Shown: positions 19,401 to 28,697 of the stretch, piece after piece
Position numbering within the stretch: position 1 is the first letter of the stretch
Layout: every line of letters starts with the position of its first letter
IMG/VR virus record: IMGVR_UViG_3300020042_012680
Span: 10,248 to 74,247 of that record
From: a virus
Lineage: Duplodnaviria > Caudoviricetes
Direction: 5' to 3' (one strand)
DNA: 64,000 nucleotides
Notes under the pieces: model-generated
Told to the model about the DNA's origin: nothing
Databases searched by the model: none
Seen by the model: the letters and a program-made list of their open reading frames with translations, nothing else
Made by a program: the position numbers and the translations under genes

Positions 19401-22400
19401 ATGCGCTTATCAATCCTGAAGTTAAAGTTGACAAAGCTATCGTTCCTCCAAATTTTGCTCCACCTCCTAAAGATGCAGCTCCTAAACCAAATGAAGCAGC
19501 TTGACCCACAGTCGAGACGATTTGTTTATTTCTTTCACCTTCAATTCTAGAATTAACAGTATCTACCAATTTATTAATTCCAATTATAACTGCTGTTACT
19601 ACTGCTTGTTGAAGAAGAAATCTAGCTGTAGAAGAAGTTGCTAGAGCTACTCCTCCCGCTACAATTGGTGCAGCAAAATTAGGTATAAAACCATTAGATG
19701 CTCCTGCAGTTTTAGCTTTGTTACCAGCCCTAGATACTCCTTGACCCAAACCAAGTGGCTCATCTTTTGTGTTGTAGACTCCTAGACCAAGAGGGTTCGA
19801 AGCAGAAGTCAATCTTTGGTCTTTACCAATTTTTATTCTAGATGGAGATGTTCCAGCCATAACTTCTCTATTTATAGAATCATTTAGTGCTGAAAAGTTA
19901 GGTATAAAACCTTTAGATTTACTTTTACTAGAAGAAGTTTTTTGAATTTTACCATTTAATAATTCTGTAAATGGGAGACCAGGTATATTAGAATTGTAAG
20001 CTTTTTTAATTATAGATCTAATTGCTGTAGAATCAGAGGTTAATTTTGCATCAGCTTTAATTAAGTTAGATTTAAATCCAAATCTTGATTTAAATTGTCC
20101 GCTTGCTGCTCCAGATTCTTCAAAATCAAACGGCCTTCTGAAATCGTCATCTACAGATTGTACAAATTTTCCTGGATTTTTTGTAGCAATTTTTACTACT
20201 GTTTCAAAAAGATCTCCTATAGCTCCTGGAGGTAAGAAGCTTTTACCATTTTTAATTTTTCCAAGCACTTCATTTACTCCATCTCCTTGATTCCCTAACG
20301 CACTACCCATAAACTGTGTTGCCACATTAGCTAAAGGTGGTAAAATTTGCTCTGTTAATAATTTAATAAACTCGTTGGGCTTTTGCTTATCTAAAGCATC
20401 TAAAGACCTAACTTGTACCTTATCAAATCGAACCATGTTTTCACCTATAGATGGGTCGGTTTTAACTGCGTTAGAAAACATTGGTAATGTAGCCAGCGAA
20501 GTAGAGGTAGGCACATCACCGCTTTTGCCTCTTAAAGATAAAACTCCTAAAGTTTCTGCGTTAAAAGGTTTAGTTATTCTAGTTGGACTTTTAGTAGAAG
20601 CTCTACCTGCCAATATCTTTTGTTTGGCTAAATTTACAGCTGTTGATTCGGCCGCTGTTAAACGATTAGTAAATGTTGAATTTGATGTTAGTGATCTTAT
20701 GTCTCCTTTGGATAAAGCTTTAGTTATTGCTACTTGTACAGCTGGAGATATTGCTGAGAAATTTGGTATAAAACCAGAGCTTGCATATGGATTAAATCCA
20801 TATACTGAATCAAATTGACTTTTATAATTTTTCCCAGCTTTGCTAGTTTGAGGAGGCATAATTGCTGGTTGATCCATTCCAGGAAATTTTTTAACTTTTT
20901 CTGCTGAATTATAAGTTACAGAACCTTCTCCAGGAATATTCATTTTACGAACATATCCAGGGTCATATCCACCAGCTAATGCTCCTAAAATTTCTGAACT
21001 AGCAAAATTAGGAATAAATCCTGCACTCTTTGCTTTTAATACTCCACCTTTAGCAGATAATCCTTTTCCAATTAATCCAGTAGTTAAAGTAGTTGATAAT
21101 GAAGCGGCTTTTTGTCTTTCTAAAGTTTGCTGTCTTATAATTGCAAGAATTTTATTTTCAACATCTAAAACAGTTATTTCTTTATTGTAAATTGCTTGAA
21201 CGAGAGCAGGTTCTTGAGATAAAACTTGATTTATTTTTGCTTGTATTGCTGCTCTTTCTTCAGATTTTGTATTTAAACTCAAAAGAACTTGTAATGATTG
21301 TGCAGCAAATTTTCCTAGATTAAATACTAATTTAGCAACAACCGCAGTAAGCAAAACTATTCCAGGACCAGAAACAAACGCCCCAATTTGCTCAAATATA
21401 CCTTTGGCAATTTTGTTTCCAATACCACCTCCATCTACATCAATACTTTCTAGTCCTTTATTTAATAAATTTAATAAATTTTCTATACTTGGCCCAAAAG
21501 ATACTTTTCCAAGATCAGAACCTACTTTAGTTAAATTTACAAAAGTTTTATTAATTAAAGAAGATAAAGTTTGATTTAAAGCTTCATTTCGAGTTATGGC
21601 TTGATCTGTTGCGCTAGATGAAGTTCTAAGTGCATTGTTATAAACAGAATATTCTTTTCCTAAGTCTGCTAATGCTGCTTTTAAAATATTGATTTGGAAA
21701 ACGCCACCAACAGTTTCTGCTACTTGAGCTCTTTGGGAATCACCTAAAGTTCCGAAAGTACTTGCAAGATTAGATAATACTTGAATTGCTGGTAAGGTAG
21801 TTCCTTCTAAAGTTCTAACTTGAATACCTAATTGTTCTAATTGGTCAAGAGTATCTGTCCTTTGTATTCTAGTAAAAATTGTTTTTAAAGAATTTCCGAT
21901 AACTGCTCCGCCTCTAGCAGTGGTTTGCTGAACACTTGTAACAATTGCTAATAATTCATCAAAATCAACTCCTGCATCTTGAGCAGAACTACCAACACGC
22001 TTAATAGCTTCTGCAAGGTCTGCACTACTAACAGCAAAAGCAGCGTCAACGTTAGCTAATTTATTAATAATAGTGGTAGAATCTAAAGCGGCATCACTAA
22101 AACTATTAATTGTTGCTGTTAAAGCTTCCACAGAAGCTACTGTATCTAAACCGCTTAAACGAGTTAAAATAAGAGCATCTTTTGTTCTTTTCAGTGTTGC
22201 TTCTAAACCTAAACCTTGACGAGAAAACTCTGTTGCAGCTCGAGCAACTGCGTCAAAACTTTGGCCAGTGCTTTTTGCTATATCAAATAGCCCAGAGCCG
22301 AAAGTGTTTAGACTTTTTGTGCTTACATTTAATATAACATTAATATCAGTTAATGATTTTTGCACATCTATAGTGCTTCTTATTAATGAAGAAAATGCCT

Positions 22401-22635
22401 TCTCTACCCCATATATTAATCCTGCACTAGCACCGAAAGCGATAACTCTAGCATTTGATGCATCTAGTGATTTTTGAAATTCATTAGAAGCACCAGTAAT
22501 TCGACCTAAAGGTTGAGTAAAGGCTTTTTCATTCAATCCTTTGAATTTAAAATCACGCGCTAACGCGCTCTGAATATCTCTTTCGAGCTGTCTTGTGTCT
22601 GCGCCTACTGAAATTGTAGCTGAAGTCCTAGCCAT
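16420..22635 (-). CDS. Tail tape measure protein (TP901-type core) with internal modules
   Basis: 2071 aa; TP901-like core (FSRQGL...INKLANVDAAFAVSSADLAEA...ARGGAVIGNSLKTIF); four GFIPNF motifs; C-terminal FAxGG and duplicated D(V/I)PA(M/L)L..GE(Y/F)VI modules. Confidence 0.92.
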   Translation of the reverse strand: MARTSATISVGADTRQLERDIQSALARDFKFKGLNEKAFTQPLGRITGASNEFQKSLDASNARVIAFGASAGLIYGVEKAFSSLIRSTIDVQKSLTDINVILNVSTKSLNTFGSGLFDIAKSTGQSFDAVARAATEFSRQGLGLEATLKRTKDALILTRLSGLDTVASVEALTATINSFSDAALDSTTIINKLANVDAAFAVSSADLAEAIKRVGSSAQDAGVDFDELLAIVTSVQQTTARGGAVIGNSLKTIFTRIQRTDTLDQLEQLGIQVRTLEGTTLPAIQVLSNLASTFGTLGDSQRAQVAETVGGVFQINILKAALADLGKEYSVYNNALRTSSSATDQAITRNEALNQTLSSLINKTFVNLTKVGSDLGKVSFGPSIENLLNLLNKGLESIDVDGGGIGNKIAKGIFEQIGAFVSGPGIVLLTAVVAKLVFNLGKFAAQSLQVLLSLNTKSEERAAIQAKINQVLSQEPALVQAIYNKEITVLDVENKILAIIRQQTLERQKAASLSTTLTTGLIGKGLSAKGGVLKAKSAGFIPNFASSEILGALAGGYDPGYVRKMNIPGEGSVTYNSAEKVKKFPGMDQPAIMPPQTSKAGKNYKSQFDSVYGFNPYASSGFIPNFSAISPAVQVAITKALSKGDIRSLTSNSTFTNRLTAAESTAVNLAKQKILAGRASTKSPTRITKPFNAETLGVLSLRGKSGDVPTSTSLATLPMFSNAVKTDPSIGENMVRFDKVQVRSLDALDKQKPNEFIKLLTEQILPPLANVATQFMGSALGNQGDGVNEVLGKIKNGKSFLPPGAIGDLFETVVKIATKNPGKFVQSVDDDFRRPFDFEESGAASGQFKSRFGFKSNLIKADAKLTSDSTAIRSIIKKAYNSNIPGLPFTELLNGKIQKTSSSKSKSKGFIPNFSALNDSINREVMAGTSPSRIKIGKDQRLTSASNPLGLGVYNTKDEPLGLGQGVSRAGNKAKTAGASNGFIPNFAAPIVAGGVALATSSTARFLLQQAVVTAVIIGINKLVDTVNSRIEGERNKQIVSTVGQAASFGLGAASLGGGAKFGGTIALSTLTSGLISAFTSTDQTIKDLIVASEENKDKIEEFNSAFSSYSSNLEKLKDENISLGEKQKILSQNNEQLSKILLNTPDNLRESLANTLSTGDFEKIAEGLSQVQTALQVQSANTQNLANVLEITSDKKVSQAESSKLVSSILGVQNERGISLAGSVMNNPRILENFQKNLNESLGKEGINVSNRDLTDAVEKRFGYRTNMDGDRAYAKSTNYPNFVLQKQEIDKKELNRLKSIVAPDVFKQKQKEFEEKSQNIVINSIEQLFKDAEISQNTIDSIIQPLRGLPFDETSTQAQALNQALGLLGLTVKKTDKGLEVLLKYTREDLLRRAGLAGDVSSNPASADAFRKNINVKSLEEYSKEVLDKDMSLNANRIATGRVLDAQQQIYSSILNETERRKVNAKFIEQTNNLQKKGVIDLDKFILAVQGGQEELVALNQRARGLMFAEDFKGARQAGREKRILGGDAKLEDIPAAFFDEFDFRTEDSYRQAQLGAADTARTIKSEFNNAFLSFADGTETASDAFTKMALNISNRIQQLALEFATNQIFGSLGSTSGIGGAIGDFLSGLSKSKGGIIKGYSSGGNVTGGSGTKDDVPAMLSGGEYVIRKSAVKKYGPEYLQMLNEGKVEKRFLGGALGLTIAALAQGAKTNPGAASMLTNIAPAFGFPIGQKSMRGTSQQSMQVAPGQSGRVNPREYEKFAGGGEVGFLGKNFYKYNDPLYPTGGESVISENLSLLAILDEDNPQNAIRKERETTLFNYLIYLKDLKERNEEAYKENQRLNKEIRDNYNRQQNQKQTGALVGFGLGVAGAFAPGFMPGGKDSFFGKSSTPNMRLRQPYGGFDRNYPPDARGRLKLGKASGGQIKKFAAGGSNVDDIPALLMAGEFVIKKDIVNMYGKQFFDDLNRGRIKKFAEGGPVGNLSSSPSSVPASNTSAYSPVNNINITVNVAKEQSQVVSQNQNSSASEEDAKEETVKNKDLAEKIKGQVIRVLTEQQRPGGMLSSSIYKKR

Positions 22636-22696
22636 ACCTTATTCCTTTACTATAAGGAATTACACGAAATATTATTAATTATGATAGTATTAGACT

Positions 22697-23707
22697 TTAA
22701 ACTCCATGCATCTTCATTAAATCTTCCATGCTAAGAACGCCACCCTTTTTTTGAGCTTCTTTATGTAAGCTGAGTCCATTTTCATCTTTTCCTATTTTTG
22801 CAAGATCTTCTTTGGTAGCTCCTATTATGGAAGTAGCGATTGCACCTTCTGTTTTCTTTGCATTACCTTCATTTTTACTTAAGACTTCTTCCGCATTTCT
22901 GCTGCTTTCTAACCATTCAATAAGCTTATCAGGATCTTCGTAATATTCTGCTGGGGGTTGATGCTTTGCTTGAGACAAGATATTCTTAAAGTATCTAGCA
23001 TATCCAAATATTTCCATTTGATAGAAAGTTAAATATACAATAGGTTTGCCATATAAGCTATATGCGCTATCATCACAAATATTAAATAAGCTCAAATAAT
23101 AAGATGACAAAGCTATTTTCTTAAGATTTTTATCATTATAGTTTTTATTAATGTTATTATAGATTTCAAGCACATCAGATAGATCCTTATTTTCTAACTG
23201 ATCAAAGTCTTCTTCTGAAAAAAATCTTTCTTTTAAATATTGGTCTTTAAATAAAGAATTAAACATGTAATATTCATTAATTTTTTTATTACTATAATCT
23301 TCTACTGTAAAGCCTAGTAGCTCTTTTCTTTCTGATATTAGATTGATTAGTTTTATATTTTCTTCACTGATTTGTTTGGATAACTGAGCAATATCTTCAT
23401 TTTTAAAAACTTTAGATTTTGTTTGCTTTAATTCATCAATATAAGATTTTATTTTTTTTATTTCCTCATTATTCTCTTTAGACCAGAGTTTTTCGCTAAT
23501 AATATACTCTTCTTTTTGCTCTTCCGTGGGCAAGCCATTCTTTATGGCTTTTTGCATGAATTCTTGTTTTAAGTGATCTATATCACCAGAATCAATTGTA
23601 GTATTATGCTTAAAATATAACTTGTTATTTTTATAGTAGGAAACACTATAACCTTTTAAAATATCAACAAAAAGTATTCTTAGTTTATTTTTATCTAAGA
23701 TCTCCAA
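22697..23707 (-). CDS. Probable tail assembly chaperone (GT-like)
   Basis: Directly upstream of the TMP; charged helical protein; TTG start with AAGGA SD. Role from position only. Confidence 0.45.
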   Translation of the reverse strand: MEILDKNKLRILFVDILKGYSVSYYKNNKLYFKHNTTIDSGDIDHLKQEFMQKAIKNGLPTEEQKEEYIISEKLWSKENNEEIKKIKSYIDELKQTKSKVFKNEDIAQLSKQISEENIKLINLISERKELLGFTVEDYSNKKINEYYMFNSLFKDQYLKERFFSEEDFDQLENKDLSDVLEIYNNINKNYNDKNLKKIALSSYYLSLFNICDDSAYSLYGKPIVYLTFYQMEIFGYARYFKNILSQAKHQPPAEYYEDPDKLIEWLESSRNAEEVLSKNEGNAKKTEGAIATSIIGATKEDLAKIGKDENGLSLHKEAQKKGGVLSMEDLMKMHGV

Positions 23708-23710
23708 GAC

Positions 23711-24469
23711 TTATTCCTTAGATTTTTCTTCTTTTTTAGAAATATTCAAAAGTTTCTCAAACTCTTCTTGAGAGGCTGCTCTTCCAATATACCAAAAACT
23801 AATTAAATAAAGAAGCTTTTGTAGAGCTATTTTTTCTAGGTTACTTTCGCTCTCTTCAATTTCATCATATCTCTTTAGCTTATCTTCATAAGAACCTTCG
23901 TTGAATAAATCTTTGAATTTTTTACTTTCATCTTGAATAAGACTTAATTGTAGAACCCACCACATGATAGTTTTATTACGAGCCCTATTTTCTGCAGTTT
24001 GCTCGAATAAGTTTGCTTGGGCCATTTCATATTTTTGAAGTCTTTCTCTAGCGTCGTTCATTTTTTCTATATTATTTTGAATAGCTTTCTTCTCTTCTTC
24101 TGTTCTTATAGATTCTTCTTTTATTGATAATTTTTGAAATTCATTTTGAAGATTAAAGAAATCAAGATAAAGTTCATTATATTCTTTTTGCTCTTCATCG
24201 CTTAGAACTCCTCCGTCGTTATTAAATCTTTTAGCTAATAAGGCGCGAGTTAATAATCCAGCCTTAATACCCTCTGAAAGTCTAACTCCATAAAATAATT
24301 CGGCTTCATCAAATAAACTTCTTGTTGGTTTTCTAATAGCTAATTTAACAGGAACAGTAGTCTTTACTTTAGAAGTTGTTTTTACTTCTTCACCTTTTTC
24401 GTTAGTAGATATTTCTACTTTATCTATTTCCTTTTCATGATATATATCAAATTCAAACATTGTTTTCAT
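23711..24469 (-). CDS. Probable tail assembly chaperone (G-like)
   Basis: Between tube and TMP; coiled-coil rich; same frame as the next gene. Confidence 0.45.
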   Translation of the reverse strand: MKTMFEFDIYHEKEIDKVEISTNEKGEEVKTTSKVKTTVPVKLAIRKPTRSLFDEAELFYGVRLSEGIKAGLLTRALLAKRFNNDGGVLSDEEQKEYNELYLDFFNLQNEFQKLSIKEESIRTEEEKKAIQNNIEKMNDARERLQKYEMAQANLFEQTAENRARNKTIMWWVLQLSLIQDESKKFKDLFNEGSYEDKLKRYDEIEESESNLEKIALQKLLYLISFWYIGRAASQEEFEKLLNISKKEEKSKE

Positions 24470-24741
24470 ATTTTTTCTCCATTAGTATTAATTAGGTCAT
24501 CTAAATAGTTTTTAACTTTACCATAATAAACTACTCCACCAATTGTTTTAATAAATCTGTGTTTTTTATCTTCGTCCCAGCGTTGATAATTTTTAATAAA
24601 ATTTAAATTTTTAAATGTTGTTAAAGTTGGTTTTGAAATTCCAAAGTTGTCCTTTAAGCTTTTTTGTATGCTTTGAACAGAAAGATTTCCTTCGATTATC
24701 TCGTCTATAGGGAAGTTATAGTTTAATTTTTTAAGTTTCAT
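24466..24741 (-). CDS. Hypothetical protein
   Basis: 91-aa ORF with 4-nt overlaps on both sides. Confidence 0.6.
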   Translation of the reverse strand: MKLKKLNYNFPIDEIIEGNLSVQSIQKSLKDNFGISKPTLTTFKNLNFIKNYQRWDEDKKHRFIKTIGGVVYYGKVKNYLDDLINTNGEKI

Positions 24742-24962
24742 TTTAATGTTATATTTAACTTAGTAAAGCTTTCTTCTATTTCCCTGAAAGCGTCATTAGC
24801 GTTATCAAGTACTCTTTTACGTATTTTTTGATAAGTTTCATCATTTATATTATAGCCAGAATCACCTAAATCTTCAAGAATAAAAAAGAAATTCTTATAT
24901 ATATTTGTGATTTTTCTTTTTATCTGAAAAAGAGTTATATCTTTTAAAGCTTCATTTTCCAT
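24738..24962 (-). CDS. Hypothetical protein
   Basis: 74-aa ORF downstream of a GTGTAA motif (25003-25008). Confidence 0.6.
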   Translation of the reverse strand: MENEALKDITLFQIKRKITNIYKNFFFILEDLGDSGYNINDETYQKIRKRVLDNANDAFREIEESFTKLNITLK

Positions 24963-25006
24963 ATTCTTTTACCTTTTAACCAACCTTTAACCTTACATGG
25001 TATTAC

Positions 25007-25046
25007 ACAAAAAATAACCCCCGCAGAACGCGAGGGTTATTTTGTG
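25007..25046 (-). terminator. Rho-independent terminator after the major tail tube gene
   Basis: AAAATAACCC...GGGTTATTTT stem (25011-25043) followed on the minus strand by a T-run, then immediately GTGTAAT. Confidence 0.8.
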
Positions 25047-25065
25047 ATATATATTTTACTGTCTA

Positions 25066-26214
25066 TTAGATTTGACCGTTAATAAACAATCCGTTAGTTG
25101 TATCTTGAGGACCGCCAATTTGAGAACTAAATGTAAGAGTAACAGATTTATTACTTCCGATATCAGTACTGTATTCTTGGCTATCTAGTTTTGCGCCTTT
25201 GAGCAAGAATTTAGCCATAGTCACAGTAGAGTCAGTAGGACTCTTAATTGTAATAGATGGGGTATATGTTGCACTATCGTCTGCTACAAGAGTTGCTAAA
25301 TTGCCTGCGTTCATTTCTGTTACTTGAGCTTCTACGCTAAGTGAAACAGTTAATGGGAAATCAATTTCTCTTGTAAATGCAAACTTGTTACCTAATCTTT
25401 GAATTGGAGTACGACCCAAATCTAAGCTTAAAGTATAGCTTTGAATATTCATGCTGTTAACATCTACTCCGCTAGCGAGCGAGTCACTTAGTGATAATGT
25501 TATATCTCCTGGACGTAGAGCGGAAATTGTATTTCCGATACCAACTCCAACATTTTGAGTAGCTTGAGATAATTGATAATAATTTTGTAGAGGGGATCCG
25601 TTTACAGGATTTACTGCTGGCACAAAATTACCGCTTATTCCTTTTTGAAAGTTCATATTTAAACCTTCAACATTTATGGTTGTTGTTGGGAAATTACCAA
25701 CAGATCCCTCTGTCGAATAAGAGGTTATTGTTCCGTTGCCAATACCTATGACTCCATTATCACCAGAAGAGCTACTTGTTAAGCCTACTGCGTCTGTGCC
25801 TTCTGGAGTTGTGCGAATAAAGTAATTTCTTTCATCAGAAGTTTTATTTAAAAATCCAGATATAGCAGAAACTGTAGAATCACTACTGCCACTAGCTATT
25901 GTAAGGCCGAGTATATTTTCGTTTGATAAGTTTCCTAGTAAATAACTAAAATCAAGAGATACAGTTGGACTGTTTAAAATAACTCTATCAATAGCTGCTA
26001 ATTGACCATATTGATTAACATCTGTGCGTTCTACATTAAAACTATAATTAGCGGTTTGAATTCTTTGTAGTTGTTTAACTAGACTTGTGGATTCATTCAT
26101 CACATTGCTGTTGCCGCCTATTCCAGGGGTAAATGTTCCATAATGCAAACCTGTTGCGGGTGCAGGTCCAGCATAAAGAGCTTCTGATTGATAAATTATT
26201 CTATTTCTAGGCAT
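25066..26214 (-). CDS. Major tail tube protein with two tandem tube-like halves
   Basis: Beta-rich Ser/Thr/Gly protein between neck genes and chaperones/TMP; own promoter motif, GGAG SD and terminator; internal repeat (IQTANYSFNVERTD...PTVSLDFSY vs IQSYTLSLDLGRTP...PLTVSLSVEA). Confidence 0.8.
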   Translation of the reverse strand: MPRNRIIYQSEALYAGPAPATGLHYGTFTPGIGGNSNVMNESTSLVKQLQRIQTANYSFNVERTDVNQYGQLAAIDRVILNSPTVSLDFSYLLGNLSNENILGLTIASGSSDSTVSAISGFLNKTSDERNYFIRTTPEGTDAVGLTSSSSGDNGVIGIGNGTITSYSTEGSVGNFPTTTINVEGLNMNFQKGISGNFVPAVNPVNGSPLQNYYQLSQATQNVGVGIGNTISALRPGDITLSLSDSLASGVDVNSMNIQSYTLSLDLGRTPIQRLGNKFAFTREIDFPLTVSLSVEAQVTEMNAGNLATLVADDSATYTPSITIKSPTDSTVTMAKFLLKGAKLDSQEYSTDIGSNKSVTLTFSSQIGGPQDTTNGLFINGQI

Positions 26215-26270
26215 ATTAGTATTTCTCCGTTTCTATTTATTACACAGTTTTTTTCTATTTTTCTATTTTT

Positions 26271-27134
26271 TTATTGTCTTGGATATCTATTTTGACTTAA
26301 ATCAAAGTCTATAAATGCAGTAAAAAGGTTAGGATTTAATCTATTATAGCTATTAGTTAATCTGCTATCTATTTTAGAAACATTTACATTATCTATATAA
26401 AGATAATCATAATCTGCTTGTTTATTAGCTGTGGATTCTAAGTAATTAAAGCAGTCTCCAGTGCAACTACCTAATGAATTAAATGGCATATCATACTCAT
26501 ATAATAATGGCACAAGCGTTTTGCTTGTGTCTCTGAATATGCTAGTTAATGCGTCTAATTTAAATACATTATCAGATAATACTATAGCTCTTACTCGAAT
26601 ATTTGTTTTATCTAATCCTCCAAATGCTAATGGCTCATTTTCACCACCTTGATATTTTAAGTAAACAACAGGGTAAGTTTCAGCGTTTGAAGCTAATCCT
26701 GTTGGATTTTGTGAAACTCTAGGATTTATTTCAAATTGAGTTTCAAATAAAAGATCCTCTTCTGTTTCACTAGTTAGATAAATATTAAAATCTTTGACTG
26801 CATAATTTCCGCTTATAGAAGATGGAGCCCCAGCAACTGGTTGACTAAAATACAGCTGTCCTTGAGAAGCATTTATTCCACTCAAATAATTTTGACCGAC
26901 TTTAGTAAATGAACCATTTATATAGACTCCACTAATTATATTAGCGCCACTTATAGATTCGTCGATTACCATCTGTTTGAATGGTGCACCATATGTATAA
27001 TAGCCGTAATATGTAGTATCTATAGGCCAAAAATTACTAGAATGATTTACGAAAGCTTCTCCTTTTGTTAATAACTTATTATCAAACCAGAAAATCATGC
27101 TACTCATTACTATGTTATTAAATTGAATTTTCAT
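26271..27134 (-). CDS. Probable tail terminator/completion protein
   Basis: Directly upstream of the tube gene; YPVVYL...EPLAFGG pattern. Mostly positional. Confidence 0.4.
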   Translation of the reverse strand: MKIQFNNIVMSSMIFWFDNKLLTKGEAFVNHSSNFWPIDTTYYGYYTYGAPFKQMVIDESISGANIISGVYINGSFTKVGQNYLSGINASQGQLYFSQPVAGAPSSISGNYAVKDFNIYLTSETEEDLLFETQFEINPRVSQNPTGLASNAETYPVVYLKYQGGENEPLAFGGLDKTNIRVRAIVLSDNVFKLDALTSIFRDTSKTLVPLLYEYDMPFNSLGSCTGDCFNYLESTANKQADYDYLYIDNVNVSKIDSRLTNSYNRLNPNLFTAFIDFDLSQNRYPRQ

Positions 27135-27135
27135 T

Positions 27136-27717
27136 TTAATTAAAACTTTCTATAAAATTTTTATACAAACTACTAAAATATTTTGTTGGTTTATAATTTG
27201 CTCTACGCACTCTATTCTTGGATTGGATCGCTTTACCAGACCTACTACTAGGAAATATTAAACCATAAAAATAATAACTAAAACCAGATATTCCTTTTTC
27301 TAATCCACTTAGCCAACTATTTCCCACTTCAAACGGCATTCTAGTAGTATTTTTTAATTCATCCATGGAAGGAGAGTATACCTCAAACCTAAAGATTCCA
27401 TTTTTTGCATCTTTTTCTTTTATGCTAGTATTTTTTTGTATAACATCAATTAAATCTTCTACTGGTTTATCAGAATCATTGAACCCAATAAAACTAAACA
27501 AATTTCCTTCTCCGTCTAGTGTCCTAGAAATATTTTCTGCGCTTGGACCGTTAGATAGTTCTTCTGATATAGGGTGATTTTGTATTTTTTCAATATATTG
27601 TTTTTTCTTTTCAATCAATAAATCATTAGCAATAACTGCTGCTTGTTTTCTTAAGGACTCTGATTGAGCTTTTGAAATTTCGTTTTTAAGTATAGACTTG
27701 TTTATTCTAGCTGCCAT
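27136..27717 (-). CDS. Probable tail completion / neck protein
   Basis: Basic protein in the neck cluster; positional inference. Confidence 0.35.
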   Translation of the reverse strand: MAARINKSILKNEISKAQSESLRKQAAVIANDLLIEKKKQYIEKIQNHPISEELSNGPSAENISRTLDGEGNLFSFIGFNDSDKPVEDLIDVIQKNTSIKEKDAKNGIFRFEVYSPSMDELKNTTRMPFEVGNSWLSGLEKGISGFSYYFYGLIFPSSRSGKAIQSKNRVRRANYKPTKYFSSLYKNFIESFN

Positions 27718-28154
27718 TATTTTGTTTCCTCAAGATAATATTGATAGTAAGTATTGTTTAAATATTTTCTAACTCCACCACTAGTTATTTTATTAAAAGT
27801 TTTACCATCAAATTGAATATTTAAAGTTGCACCATTTTCTATATAATTTCTAGCAGGTTCTTTTACGACAATAGTTACAATTCCTTTGGCTATAGTTAAT
27901 CTTACGTCAGTTATAATATCTTCACTTTGTTTTTTGTTATAAGATATTCTGCCTTTAAAAGTAGCATTTACAGGAATATAGGTATAAGTTGCAGGATTAG
28001 ACTGATTATCGTATCCGAATAATGGTGCTGTGGCTGGAGATAATATTTGTCTTAATGGCTGTTTGTTAACTACAAAATCCCTAGAAAAATATTCAAAGAA
28101 TTTATCAAATTCTGCCGAAAACTTTTCTGCCACCTTTGGATTTATAAAACTCAT
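27717..28154 (-). CDS. Probable head-closure (stopper) protein
   Basis: 145-aa beta-rich ORF in the neck cluster; positional inference. Confidence 0.4.
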   Translation of the reverse strand: MSFINPKVAEKFSAEFDKFFEYFSRDFVVNKQPLRQILSPATAPLFGYDNQSNPATYTYIPVNATFKGRISYNKKQSEDIITDVRLTIAKGIVTIVVKEPARNYIENGATLNIQFDGKTFNKITSGGVRKYLNNTYYQYYLEETK

Positions 28155-28156
28155 AT

Positions 28157-28666
28157 TTATCCAGCGTTATATATTGTTCTTATATTATATAATGCATCCT
28201 TTTCAGAATCGTAGGTTCCTGGTATTGTATCGTCTCCAGCAACTTGTAAGGGACTAACTTCATTAAGTTCGTATTTATTAACAAAATCTTGTAATTCTTT
28301 ATATTCTTGTTGTCTAATCTGGTAAAAACCTTTTAAAATCTCATTTGTGTTTAATTTTTGCACGCTACCAAAATCATCTTTTATAGAGGTATAATCGCTA
28401 AGAGCAAGGCTTCCTGCGCTTTTTATCTTAATATCAAAAAAATAAATAGAATACATTTTTTTGAATATATATTTTTCGATATCAGATAAATTAGGGGTTA
28501 TCTCTAGAGTAGAACTGTTTATTTCGTAAGAAATATTAAGCATGTTACCCAGTCCACCAATGTTTCTTCTAACCCATGCTGCTATTGCTGCTATACTAAA
28601 ATCTTCTGGTTCGCCCATTTCTTCATATATCTCTTGGGCAATAGATGTAACAGTATTTATAATCAT
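28157..28666 (-). CDS. Probable head-tail adaptor protein
   Basis: Helical 169-aa ORF, first of the neck cluster, GTGTAA motif 8 nt upstream. Confidence 0.4.
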   Translation of the reverse strand: MIINTVTSIAQEIYEEMGEPEDFSIAAIAAWVRRNIGGLGNMLNISYEINSSTLEITPNLSDIEKYIFKKMYSIYFFDIKIKSAGSLALSDYTSIKDDFGSVQKLNTNEILKGFYQIRQQEYKELQDFVNKYELNEVSPLQVAGDDTIPGTYDSEKDALYNIRTIYNAG

Positions 28667-28697
28667 ACTTTAAATTACACTTTAAATTATTATAAAT

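Noticed and set aside
23711-23740. -1 programmed frameshift at TCT AAA AAA GAA
   Set aside because: Not an in-frame X XXY YYZ heptamer; both shifted frames stop within a few codons, and the downstream gene is in frame 0.
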